NCBI GenBank assembly: GCA_963667785.2
Contig: CAXXMU010000006.1
Location: forward strand, 288,001-352,000
From: Alphaproteobacteria bacterium
Lineage (GTDB): Bacteria; Pseudomonadota; Alphaproteobacteria; UBA828
Reading direction: 5' to 3'
DNA: 64,000 nt
Notes under the pieces: generated by a model
The model's database searches: none
What the model was told of the DNA's origin: nothing
What the model saw: only the letters and a program-made list of their open reading frames with translations
Shown here: positions 9,917 to 18,818 of the stretch, piece after piece
Numbering within the stretch: position 1 is the stretch's first letter
Layout of the letters: every line of letters begins with the position of its first letter
Made by a program: the position numbers and the translations under genes

Positions 9917-11605
9917 ATGCACATTTCATGGCTGCATCGCCTGCTCGTTGCGTTCGTGGCTGCCATCGGCATGGCCGGTGCGGCGCAGGCCAAGGACCTG
10001 CTGGTCCTGGCGGACGACATTCCCGCCGGTCTCGACTACGACGGGCCGACGGCCTCGCTGATCCCGACCTACGGCGGCATCGCGAACCTGCTGGAGCCGC
10101 TGGTCTACTACGCCCACGGCGAGGTGAACGAGGAGGGCGTGCAGCTGCTCGACTTCGACAAGTTCGAGGGAAGGCTCGCGGAATCCTGGACCTACGACCC
10201 CGAAACCTTCACCTGGACCTTCACGCTGCGCCAGGGCGTCAAGGGCTGCAACGGCGCCACCTTCAACGCCGATGACGTGGTCTACACCTTCGCCCGCGCC
10301 AAGTCGGTGAGCGGGGCCGCGCCGATCGGCTGGTTCCTCTCCAACGTCGGCTCGATAGATGGTTTCACGCCGGCTGTCTTCGCGCAGGACGAATCCGGTG
10401 CTGCGGCGCGGACGCTCGGCGACGAGGTCAGGAAGATCGACGACTACACGGTCCAGATCCGCCAGTCGGGACCGAATCAGTTGTTCCTCCGCGTGCTCAC
10501 GATCTTCGGCCTCTACATCTACGACAAGGAGACCATGGAGGCCAACGCGACCGAGGAGGACCCCTGGAGCCATACCTACAACAACAACGTCAATGCGCCG
10601 GGCTTCGGCCCCTGGTGCCTCGACGACTGGGACAAGGGCGCGGGCTTCACCGTGAAGGCGAACCCGGACTACTACCTCGGCGCGCCGGCTTACGACCGGG
10701 TGGTGCTGAGGAAGGTGCCGCAGAGCGCGAACCGCGTCGCCATCCTGCAGTCGGGCCGGGCGCAGATCGCAGAGCGGCTGACGCCGAAGGAATACGACAG
10801 CCTCAGCAAGATCGACGGCGTCAAGGTCGTCAGCGCCTACGGCAACGAGAACCTGTTCCTTTACGTGAACTACCAGGTGCCGCCCTACGACAATCTGGCG
10901 ATGCGCAAGGCGCTGGCCCATGCGGTGCCCTACGACAAGGTCATCTCGACCAGCTACTTCGGCAAGGCACGCAAGTGGCCGGGGATGATCCCGACGACCT
11001 ATCCGGGCTACCACGAAGCCTCGGTCCAGTACGCCGAGGATCCGGAGAAGGCCCGCTCCTACCTCGCCGAAGCGGGCTATCCAGAGGGCCAGGGCCTGGA
11101 GGCCTTCCCCGACGCGCTCCGGATCACCTACATCGCCGAGAAGGAATCGGCCCTCGGCCCCACGGCGACAGTGCTGCAGACGGCGCTCCGCGACGTGGGC
11201 ATCCCGATGGAGCTCGATCCCATCCCGCAGACCCAGTACGGCGAGCGCGAGCTGGTCAAGAAGGACATGCCGCTCGGGCTCACCGACCACGTGAAGCCCA
11301 TCGGCGTCGACGCCGCCTACGGCATCCTGCTCAGCTACGTGACGGCGGCCAAGGGCGGGATCATGAACGCCATGAACTACAGCAACGAGGCGGTGGACAA
11401 CGCTCTCTTCTCGACCCTGAACGAGGCGGACGATGCCAAGCGCGCGGCGACGCTCGTGGACATTCAGGAGACGCTGATGGAGGAGCTCGCGATGGTGCCG
11501 ATCCTCGAATACAAGACCCACTGGGCGACGTCGGCGGACGTCACCGGGGTCGTCTGGCACCCGGACAACGCGCTCCACTATTACGACTTCCGCCCGGCCG
11601 AGTAG
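9917..11605 (+). CDS. ABC transporter substrate-binding protein, family 5
   Basis: Signal peptide; LAESWTY..FTLRQGVK..FNADDVVYTF; paralog of 6880..8547. Confidence 0.9.
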   Translation: MHISWLHRLLVAFVAAIGMAGAAQAKDLLVLADDIPAGLDYDGPTASLIPTYGGIANLLEPLVYYAHGEVNEEGVQLLDFDKFEGRLAESWTYDPETFTWTFTLRQGVKGCNGATFNADDVVYTFARAKSVSGAAPIGWFLSNVGSIDGFTPAVFAQDESGAAARTLGDEVRKIDDYTVQIRQSGPNQLFLRVLTIFGLYIYDKETMEANATEEDPWSHTYNNNVNAPGFGPWCLDDWDKGAGFTVKANPDYYLGAPAYDRVVLRKVPQSANRVAILQSGRAQIAERLTPKEYDSLSKIDGVKVVSAYGNENLFLYVNYQVPPYDNLAMRKALAHAVPYDKVISTSYFGKARKWPGMIPTTYPGYHEASVQYAEDPEKARSYLAEAGYPEGQGLEAFPDALRITYIAEKESALGPTATVLQTALRDVGIPMELDPIPQTQYGERELVKKDMPLGLTDHVKPIGVDAAYGILLSYVTAAKGGIMNAMNYSNEAVDNALFSTLNEADDAKRAATLVDIQETLMEELAMVPILEYKTHWATSADVTGVVWHPDNALHYYDFRPAE

Positions 11606-11622
11606 GGCGCCGAGCGGGAGGC

Positions 11623-12249
11623 ATGACGGTGGAGATGGAGCTCACCAAGGAGCGCACGGCGCTCGTCGTCATCGACATGCAGCGGGCCTTCCTCGAGGAC
11701 GAGGGCTCGCTGGCGAAGGCGGGAATCGACATCACCGGGCTGAAGGCGGCGCTCGAGCCGTGCCGGCGGCTCCTCGCGTCGGCCCGCCAGGCCGGGGTGC
11801 CGGTGATTCACACCCGCTACGTCTACCGGCCGGACTACGCCGACGGCGGCATCCTCGTGAACTACATCATGCCGCAACTCCGAGAGGTGGACTCGCTCGC
11901 CGCCGGCACGCCGGACATCGAGATCGTCGACGAGCTCGCGCCGGTGGACGGCGAGACGGTGATCGACAAGAACCGGCCGAGCGCCTTCTACGCCACCAAC
12001 ATCGAGCCTCTGCTGAACGGCCTCGGGGTCGACAGCCTCGTCGTCTGCGGGGTGACCACCAACATCTGCGTCGAGACCACGGTGCGCGACGCGAGCCAGC
12101 GCGACTACAAGGTCTTCGTGCCGAAGGATGCGACCGGCGAGCTCGAACAGCTCCGCTACGACGGCGCTCTCGCCGGCATGGCCTGGGTGTTCGCCAAGAT
12201 CGTGGACACCGACGACGTGATCAACGTCTGGGGCCAGGGCAACCAGTGA
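11623..12249 (+). CDS. Isochorismatase-family cysteine hydrolase (RutB-like)
   Basis: ALVVIDMQ, K-NRPSAF, GVTTNICVETTVRDA (Asp-Lys-Cys triad); ATG at 11623 after GGGAGG. Confidence 0.88.
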   Translation: MTVEMELTKERTALVVIDMQRAFLEDEGSLAKAGIDITGLKAALEPCRRLLASARQAGVPVIHTRYVYRPDYADGGILVNYIMPQLREVDSLAAGTPDIEIVDELAPVDGETVIDKNRPSAFYATNIEPLLNGLGVDSLVVCGVTTNICVETTVRDASQRDYKVFVPKDATGELEQLRYDGALAGMAWVFAKIVDTDDVINVWGQGNQ

Positions 12250-12299
12250 GCGAGCGGCCGGCGGCCCGGCGGCGGCCGGCGGCTATACGGTGATTTCGA

Positions 12300-12510
12300 C
12301 CCCAACCCACCTCCCCCTGTCCCCCTCCCCCCTGAAGGGCGGAGGGGGAACGCAAGCAGCGCCGCCCGTTACTCCCTCTCCTCCCCCTCGCGCCGCAAGG
12401 CGCGGTAGCCAAGCTCGCGGAGCGAGCGCGTCGCGCGGAAACGCGCGCATGAGCGCGCGATGCGACTGAGGGATACGCAAAGAGGGGAGGAGAGGGCCGG
12501 GGTGAGGAGG
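12300..12510. repeat. Composite palindromic intergenic repeat (REP/RIME-like) with a nested multi-hairpin insert
   Basis: ccccctcc/ggaggggg hairpin, then ccctctcctcccc (12374-12386) pairing with ggggaggagaggg (12484-12496) followed by ccggggtgagg; about 97 nt of short hairpins between them. Confidence 0.7.
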
Positions 12511-12536
12511 GGGCGGTTCCGCCCGGTCTGCGCGGG

Positions 12537-13568
12537 ATGATCGGCCGCTTCGTCATCCGCCGCCTCGGGATCGCCGTCCTCCAGCTTCTCGGCGTGGCGC
12601 TCGCCGTCTTCTTCCTCATCAGGCTGCTGCCGGCCGATCCCGTCGCCCGGCTGGTCGGGCTCAACGCCAGCGAGGAGGCGTATGCCCAGGCCGAGCGCAC
12701 CCTCGGCCTCGACCGGCCCGTCGCCGATCAGCTGCTGAGCTTCCTCGGGCTTTCTTCCGGTAGGGGCGCAGACGGGCTGGCCGACGGCAGCCTCGGCCTC
12801 TCCTGGGTGACAGGCGATCCGATATTCCTCGAAATCGGGCGCTTCCTGCCGGTCACGCTGGAGCTGGTCACGCTCGCGCTCCTGATCTCGTTCCTGATCG
12901 CCATCCCGCTCGGCATGGCGAGCGCGACCAAGCCGGGCGGCATCGCCGACCGCATCGCCTTCGTCTGGGGCCTCTTCGCCGGCGCCCAGCCGGACTACTG
13001 GTGGGGCCTGCTGTTCGTCTTCCTCTTCTTCTTCATTCTCGGCATCGCGCCGCCGCCGCTCGGCCGCATCGACCCGCTGCTCATCGAGCCGAGCGTCATC
13101 ACGGGCTTCCTCACCGTCGATTCGCTGCTGCAGGGACGCCTCGACACGTTCGTCTCGTCCCTCCATCACCTGATGCTGCCGATTCTGACCCAGGTGTTCG
13201 TGGTCTCCGGCGCCATCACCAAGATGGTGCGGCAGAACATGGTCCGCGCGCTGCAGTCCGACTACATCCTCTACGCCCGCTGCTGCGGCCTCTCCAAGCG
13301 GGAAGTCGGGCGCTACGCGCTCCGCGCCGCGCTGACGCCGGCAGTCACGCTGGTCGGCATCTTCTACGGCGTGCTGCTGAGCGCCGCCGTCACCGTGGAG
13401 CTTGTGTTCTCGCTGGGTGGCATCGGCGAGTACGCGATCCGCTCCATCCTCTCCTTCGACTACCCGGCGATCCAGGGCGTGGTGCTGATCGTCGCGCTGG
13501 TGTCGCTGCTCATCTATCTGCTGCTCGACATCATCCACGCCTACCTCGATCCCCGGGTGAAGTACTGA
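12537..13568 (+). CDS. Peptide ABC transporter permease (DppB-like)
   Basis: LPADP, LPVTLEL, VELVFSLGGIG, DYPAIQG, LDPRVK. Confidence 0.92.
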   Translation: MIGRFVIRRLGIAVLQLLGVALAVFFLIRLLPADPVARLVGLNASEEAYAQAERTLGLDRPVADQLLSFLGLSSGRGADGLADGSLGLSWVTGDPIFLEIGRFLPVTLELVTLALLISFLIAIPLGMASATKPGGIADRIAFVWGLFAGAQPDYWWGLLFVFLFFFILGIAPPPLGRIDPLLIEPSVITGFLTVDSLLQGRLDTFVSSLHHLMLPILTQVFVVSGAITKMVRQNMVRALQSDYILYARCCGLSKREVGRYALRAALTPAVTLVGIFYGVLLSAAVTVELVFSLGGIGEYAIRSILSFDYPAIQGVVLIVALVSLLIYLLLDIIHAYLDPRVKY

Positions 13569-13584
13569 GCGGGGCGGGCGCGGC

Positions 13585-14511
13585 ATGACCGATCTCACGG
13601 GCACTCCGAACTCCGCACTGCCGGCGGTGGATCGGCGCAGCCTCCTCGCCCGGCTGCGCAGCGACCGCTTCTTTCTCGTCGGCGCAGTGATCGTCGTGCT
13701 CTCGCTCTTTCTCGCGGCCTTCGGCCCGCTCATCAGCCCCTACGACCCGCTGCGCTCGACCGGCGAGATCTCGGCACCACCGCCGCCCATCGAGACCTGG
13801 CCGCGCCTTCTCTACGAGACGGTGAGCGGACAGCGCGAGGCCCCGCCGCACTGGTTCGGCACCGACCAGTCCGGCCTCGACGTGTTCTCGCGCGTCATCT
13901 CGGCGCCGCGCGCGGACATGACCATCGCGCTCGGCGGCGCGCTGATCTCGCTGGTGATCGGCACCTTCCTCGGTCTGCTCGCGGGCTTCTATCGCAACTG
14001 GGCGACCGAGTTCATGATGCGAATCTCGGACGTGCTGCAGTCCTTCCCGGTCTTCATCACCGCGATGATCCTGGTCGCCCTCTCGGGCCGCCAGACAGGC
14101 AACCTGGTGCTGGCGCTGGCGCTGGTCTACACGCCGATCTTCGTCCGCCTCACCCGCGCCGAGGTGATGGCGCAGAGTTCGCGCGGCTACGTGCAGGCGG
14201 CGCTCGCGGTCGGCAACTCGCGCTGGACCATCGCGATCAAGCACGTGCTGCCCAACTCGCTCGTGCCCTCGCTGGTGCAGATGTCGGTCACCATCGGGTT
14301 CGCGATCATCCTGACGGCCGGGCTGAGCTTCGTCGGCGCAGGCGTCCGCCCGCCGACGCCCGAATGGGGCAGCATGATCTCCATCGGCGCGCAGCAGCTC
14401 ATCCTCGGCGAGTGGTGGCCCTCGGTCTTTCCCGGCGTCGCCATCTCGCTGACGGTGCTGGGCTACGCCTTCGTCGGCCACACCATCGAAGCCGAGTTCC
14501 GCGAGACATGA
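13585..14511 (+). CDS. Peptide ABC transporter permease (DppC-like)
   Basis: HWFGTDQSGLDVFSR, KHVLPN, PPTPEWGSMI. Confidence 0.92.
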   Translation: MTDLTGTPNSALPAVDRRSLLARLRSDRFFLVGAVIVVLSLFLAAFGPLISPYDPLRSTGEISAPPPPIETWPRLLYETVSGQREAPPHWFGTDQSGLDVFSRVISAPRADMTIALGGALISLVIGTFLGLLAGFYRNWATEFMMRISDVLQSFPVFITAMILVALSGRQTGNLVLALALVYTPIFVRLTRAEVMAQSSRGYVQAALAVGNSRWTIAIKHVLPNSLVPSLVQMSVTIGFAIILTAGLSFVGAGVRPPTPEWGSMISIGAQQLILGEWWPSVFPGVAISLTVLGYAFVGHTIEAEFRET

Positions 14512-16352
14512 GCGCCGAGGCTCCGCACGCCGCTGCCGGCGGCACCGACCGGATTCTCTCGGTGCACGGCCTCACCGTGGCGTTCGCCGGGAGCCAAGGC
14601 GCCGAGCACGTCGCGGTGAAGGACTTTTCGCTCACCATCGGCGCGGGCGAGTTCGTCGGCGTGATGGGCGAGCCCGGCTGCGGCAAGTCAACGGCGGCGA
14701 TCGCCATGATGGGTCTGGTGCGCCCGCCGGGCCGCATCGTCTCGGGCGAGGTGCACTATCTGGGCCGCGACCTGCTGGCCATGAGCGACGCGGAGCTCGA
14801 TTCCATCCGTGGCAAGGACATCGGGCTCATCGTGCAGAGCCCGCGCACCTCGCTCCACCCCATGTTGACGGTCGGCCGGCAAATCGAGAACGTCTACCGC
14901 GCGCACAACCGCGTGAGCCGCAAGGCCGCGCGAGCGCGCGCCATCGAGATGCTGCAGCTCGTCGGCATCAACGACCCCGAGCGGCGCGTGAAGTCCTACC
15001 CCCACGAGCTCTCCACGGGCATGACCCAGCGCGTGCTCATCGCCATGGCCATGAGCTCCGGCCCCAAGCTCCTGATCGCGGACGAGCCCACCAGCGGCCT
15101 CGACGTGACGATCCAGGCGCAGTTCCTCGACCAGATGTGGGAGGCAGCGAACCGCACCGGGTCGGCGGTGCTGGTGGTGACGCAGGACCTCGGCATCGTC
15201 GCGAACTACTGCGACCGCGTGGTCATCATGGAGCGCGGCGAGATCGTCGAGGCCAGTGCCGTGCGGGACTTCTTCACGGCGCCCGCGCACGACTACAGCC
15301 GGCGCATCCTTTCTCTGCAGCGCGAGAGCGCGGCCAGCCTGGCGGATACACCCGAAGCGCAACAGGCAACCGCTGAGCCGCTGGTCCTGGTCGAGGGTCT
15401 CGCCAAGGACTTCGACATCCGCGGCTCCAAGGACAAGGTCCACGCCGCCGACGATGTCTCCTTCGCCGTCCATCGCGGCGAGGCGATCGGCCTCGTCGGC
15501 GAGAGCGGCTCGGGCAAGACCACGGTCGGCCGCTGCATCGTGCGGTTGGAGGAGCCGACCCGGGGCACGGTCCGCTATCGAGACGAGATCGTCAGCGACC
15601 TCGCGCAGCGGGAATTCACGCCGTTCCGCAACGACATGCAAATCGTCTTCCAGGACCCGACGGATTCGATGAACCCGCGCTGGAGCGTCGAGCAGGTCCT
15701 GACGGAGCCGCTCGACCTGCACACGACGCTGTCCGCGGCGGAGAAGCGCAAGCGCGTGACGGCGCTGATGAGGATGGTGGGGATCGATCCGGCCGTGCGC
15801 GAGGTCAAGCCGCGCCAGCTCGGCGCCGGCCGCCAGCAGCGCATCGCCATCGCCCGCGCGCTCGCCACCGAGCCTGCCTTCATCGTGCTCGACGAGCCGA
15901 CCTCGGCGCTGAGCCCGGAGACCCGCGCCGAGATCATCGAGCTCCTGATCCGGCTCTCGCGCGAGCTCGACATCGCCTATCTCTTCATCTCCCACGATCT
16001 GACCACGATCGAGCGCGTCTGCGACCGCATCGTGGTGATGTACCTCGGGCAGGTGGTCGAGACCGGCACACGCACGGAGGTGTTCCGGGCGCCGCTGCAT
16101 CCCTATTCTCGGGTGCTGCTGGCTTCGCACCTCTTTCCCGACATCGCCGACCGGCGGGTCGACCGGCCCGAGCGCGTGACGCTCAAGGGCGAGATACCGA
16201 GCCCGGTCTCGCTGCCGGAGGGCTGCTATCTTTACGGGCGTTGCCCGAACCAGGTGGAGCGCTGCCGCGCCATGCCGCAGACGCTCGAAGAGGTGTCGCC
16301 GGGCCGCTCGGTGCGCTGCTGGCGTGCGGTGGCAGGCGAGCTTCCGGGCTAG
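14508..16352 (+). CDS. Peptide ABC transporter ATP-binding protein with two fused NBDs
   Basis: Two Walker A motifs ([16 protein letters not shown]) and two DEPT motifs; ATGA overlap with the permease stop. Confidence 0.9.
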   Translation: MSAEAPHAAAGGTDRILSVHGLTVAFAGSQGAEHVAVKDFSLTIGAGEFVGVMGEPGCGKSTAAIAMMGLVRPPGRIVSGEVHYLGRDLLAMSDAELDSIRGKDIGLIVQSPRTSLHPMLTVGRQIENVYRAHNRVSRKAARARAIEMLQLVGINDPERRVKSYPHELSTGMTQRVLIAMAMSSGPKLLIADEPTSGLDVTIQAQFLDQMWEAANRTGSAVLVVTQDLGIVANYCDRVVIMERGEIVEASAVRDFFTAPAHDYSRRILSLQRESAASLADTPEAQQATAEPLVLVEGLAKDFDIRGSKDKVHAADDVSFAVHRGEAIGLVGESGSGKTTVGRCIVRLEEPTRGTVRYRDEIVSDLAQREFTPFRNDMQIVFQDPTDSMNPRWSVEQVLTEPLDLHTTLSAAEKRKRVTALMRMVGIDPAVREVKPRQLGAGRQQRIAIARALATEPAFIVLDEPTSALSPETRAEIIELLIRLSRELDIAYLFISHDLTTIERVCDRIVVMYLGQVVETGTRTEVFRAPLHPYSRVLLASHLFPDIADRRVDRPERVTLKGEIPSPVSLPEGCYLYGRCPNQVERCRAMPQTLEEVSPGRSVRCWRAVAGELPG

Positions 16353-16388
16353 GATCGAGAAAGGACACAAAATGCAGGGGCAGTTGCG

Positions 16389-17261
16389 ATGAAGGCAATC
16401 GATATCGTCGTCAACCCGTACACGCCGCAGGAGGTGGAGCAGGGCCAGACCGGCATCGATGCGGTTTTCCAGGACCAGATCAGGATGCCGGCGGAAATGC
16501 GCGGCGGCGTCACCGTCGACGACTATGTCGAGAAGATGAACCGCGCCGATATCGAGCTTTCGCTGATGATCGCCGTGCGCGCCGGCGACATGCGGCTTGC
16601 CGGCTCGTTCGAGATTTCCTACGAGCGGGTCCACGAGATCTGCCAGAGCCACCCGACCCGCTTCGCCGGGCTCGCGGGCGTCGACCCCTATCGCGGCATG
16701 CAGGGCCTGCGCGATCTGGAGTACGGGGTGAAGGAGCTGGGCTTCGTCGGTGCCCACCTCTACCCGCACTGGTTCGAGCTCGCGCCCGACGACGCCAAGT
16801 ACTATCCCTACTATGCCAAGTGCTGCGAGCTCGACGTGCCCATCATGATGCAGGTGGGCCACAGCCTGGTGTACCAGCGCGAGCGCCGCATGCGGAGCGT
16901 GGGACGCCCCATCTGCCTCGACCAGGTGGCCTGCGACTTCCCCGAGCTCAAGCTGCTCGGCATCCACATCGGCATTCCCTGGACCGACGAGATGATCTCG
17001 ATGGCGTGGAAGCACCAGCACGTCTACATCGGCGTCGATGCCTACGCGCCGCGCTACTGGCCGCCGCAGCTCATCCACTATCTGAACACCTACGGCCGCC
17101 GGAAGGTGCTGTTCGGCACCGACTGGCCGGTGATCGACCCGGAACGCGCGGTGGCCGAGATCGCCGAGCTCGACCTCCGCCCGGAGGCCTACAAGGCGCT
17201 GATGCGGGAGAACGCGCTCCGCGTCTTCAGGCTGCCGCAGGTGGCGGCAGAGGGCGGCTGA
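16389..17261 (+). CDS. Amidohydrolase_2 family protein
   Basis: YPYYAKCCELDVPI, DFPELKLLGIHIG.PW, KVLFGTDWP. Confidence 0.85.
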   Translation: MKAIDIVVNPYTPQEVEQGQTGIDAVFQDQIRMPAEMRGGVTVDDYVEKMNRADIELSLMIAVRAGDMRLAGSFEISYERVHEICQSHPTRFAGLAGVDPYRGMQGLRDLEYGVKELGFVGAHLYPHWFELAPDDAKYYPYYAKCCELDVPIMMQVGHSLVYQRERRMRSVGRPICLDQVACDFPELKLLGIHIGIPWTDEMISMAWKHQHVYIGVDAYAPRYWPPQLIHYLNTYGRRKVLFGTDWPVIDPERAVAEIAELDLRPEAYKALMRENALRVFRLPQVAAEGG

Positions 17262-17270
17262 GGCCACGCC

Positions 17271-18818
17271 ATGACCGGGGGCGACGGCGGCCGGCCCGCG
17301 ACCTACCGCTCAACCACCATCGCAACGGGTATCCGCACGGCAGCGCAGCGCACGCCGGACAAGACAGCGCTCCGCGAAGGGGAGCGCACGCTCACCTACC
17401 GGCAACTGGTCGAGCGGATCGACCGGGTGAGCGCCGGCGCCCGGCACGATCTCGGCCTCGTCCCCGGCGACCGGGTGATGCTGCTCGCGCTCAACCGCCT
17501 CGAATACATCGAGGTCGTGGCCGGGTTCTCGGCCATGGGCGCGGCAGTCGCCACCATCAACACCCGGCTCTCCGTGAAGGAACTGGAAGCGATCTGCCAG
17601 GATTGCGGGCCGCGTGTACTGGTGGTCGATCAGAACTGCGAGGAGCTTGCCCGGAGCGCCGCGCTGGAGGGGATCGAGCGGGTGCTGACGCTCGGCGGGA
17701 GCTACGACGAGTGGCTCGCCCGTGCCGCACCCCAGGAGCCGGACGAGACGCCGGAGGAGTGGCAGCCCTTCGCCATCTCCTACACCTCGGGCACCACGGG
17801 CACGGCCAAGGGCATCGTGCTCTCCCACCGCTCTCGGGTCATCACCTGCTTCGGCATGGCCTCGGAGTACGGCTGCTACGGGCCGGACGACACCCACCTC
17901 GCCTTTGCGCCGCTGTTCCACGGCGGCGGCTTTGCCTTCGCGCTGGCCGCCGTCTTCTTCGGCGGCCATTGCGAGCTCCTGCCCCGCTTCGACCCGGAGC
18001 TGGTGATGCAGCGGCTCTGCGACGGCCGCTTCACCGGCACCTTCATGGTGCCGACGCACTTCCACGCCATCCTCAACCTGGGCGAAGGCGTGCTTTCGCG
18101 CTATCGCGACCACGGGCTCACGGCGCTGGTCTCCAATGCGGCGCCGCTGCCGCAGGTCACCAAGGAGAAGATCGTCGCCCAGTTCGGCGCGGGCGTGCTG
18201 CACGAGACGTACGGCTCGACCGAGGCCGGTATCGTCACCAACCTGCGCCCGCCCGATCAGCTCCGCAAGAAGAGCTGCGTGGGCCTCCCCTTCGTCGGCA
18301 ACCGCATCCGCCTGCTCGACGACGAGGGCAACGAGGCCGCGCCCGGCGAGGTGGGCGAGCTCTTCAGCACCTCGCCCTATCTCTTCAACGGCTACTGGAA
18401 CAAGCCCGAGGAGACCGCGGCGACGATGCGGGGCGGCTGGGTCTCCGCCGGCGACATGGCACGGCGCGACGAGGAGGGCTACATCTATATCGTCGACCGC
18501 AAGAAGGACATGATCATCTCCGGCGGGGTCAACGTCTATCCACGCGAGGTGGAGGACGCGCTCTCGCGGCATCCGGCGGTGCGCGAGGTGGCCGTGGTCG
18601 GCGTGCCGGACGCGTACTGGGGCGAGCGGATCAAGGCGTTCGTCGTGCCCCATCCGGACGCGCGGCCTTCGCCTGATGAGCTGATCGCCTACGGGAAGGA
18701 GAGCCTCGCCGCCTTCAAGGTCCCAAAGGAGGTCGACTTCATCGACGCCCTGCCGCGCAACCCCGGCGGCAAGGTGCTGAAACGGGTGCTCAGGGAGCAG
18801 GGCGCGGGGTCGGCATGA
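17271..18818 (+). CDS. Acyl/aryl-CoA synthetase (AMP-binding)
   Basis: YTSGTTGTAKG, YGSTE, GD..DRKKDMIISGGVNVYP, GKVLK. Confidence 0.92.
   Translation: MTGGDGGRPATYRSTTIATGIRTAAQRTPDKTALREGERTLTYRQLVERIDRVSAGARHDLGLVPGDRVMLLALNRLEYIEVVAGFSAMGAAVATINTRLSVKELEAICQDCGPRVLVVDQNCEELARSAALEGIERVLTLGGSYDEWLARAAPQEPDETPEEWQPFAISYTSGTTGTAKGIVLSHRSRVITCFGMASEYGCYGPDDTHLAFAPLFHGGGFAFALAAVFFGGHCELLPRFDPELVMQRLCDGRFTGTFMVPTHFHAILNLGEGVLSRYRDHGLTALVSNAAPLPQVTKEKIVAQFGAGVLHETYGSTEAGIVTNLRPPDQLRKKSCVGLPFVGNRIRLLDDEGNEAAPGEVGELFSTSPYLFNGYWNKPEETAATMRGGWVSAGDMARRDEEGYIYIVDRKKDMIISGGVNVYPREVEDALSRHPAVREVAVVGVPDAYWGERIKAFVVPHPDARPSPDELIAYGKESLAAFKVPKEVDFIDALPRNPGGKVLKRVLREQGAGSA

Noticed and set aside
12387-12483. 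Self-cleaving ribozyme or riboswitch in the nested hairpins
   Set aside because: No recognisable conserved core such as hammerhead CUGANGA/GAAA in the right arrangement; kept only as a repeat
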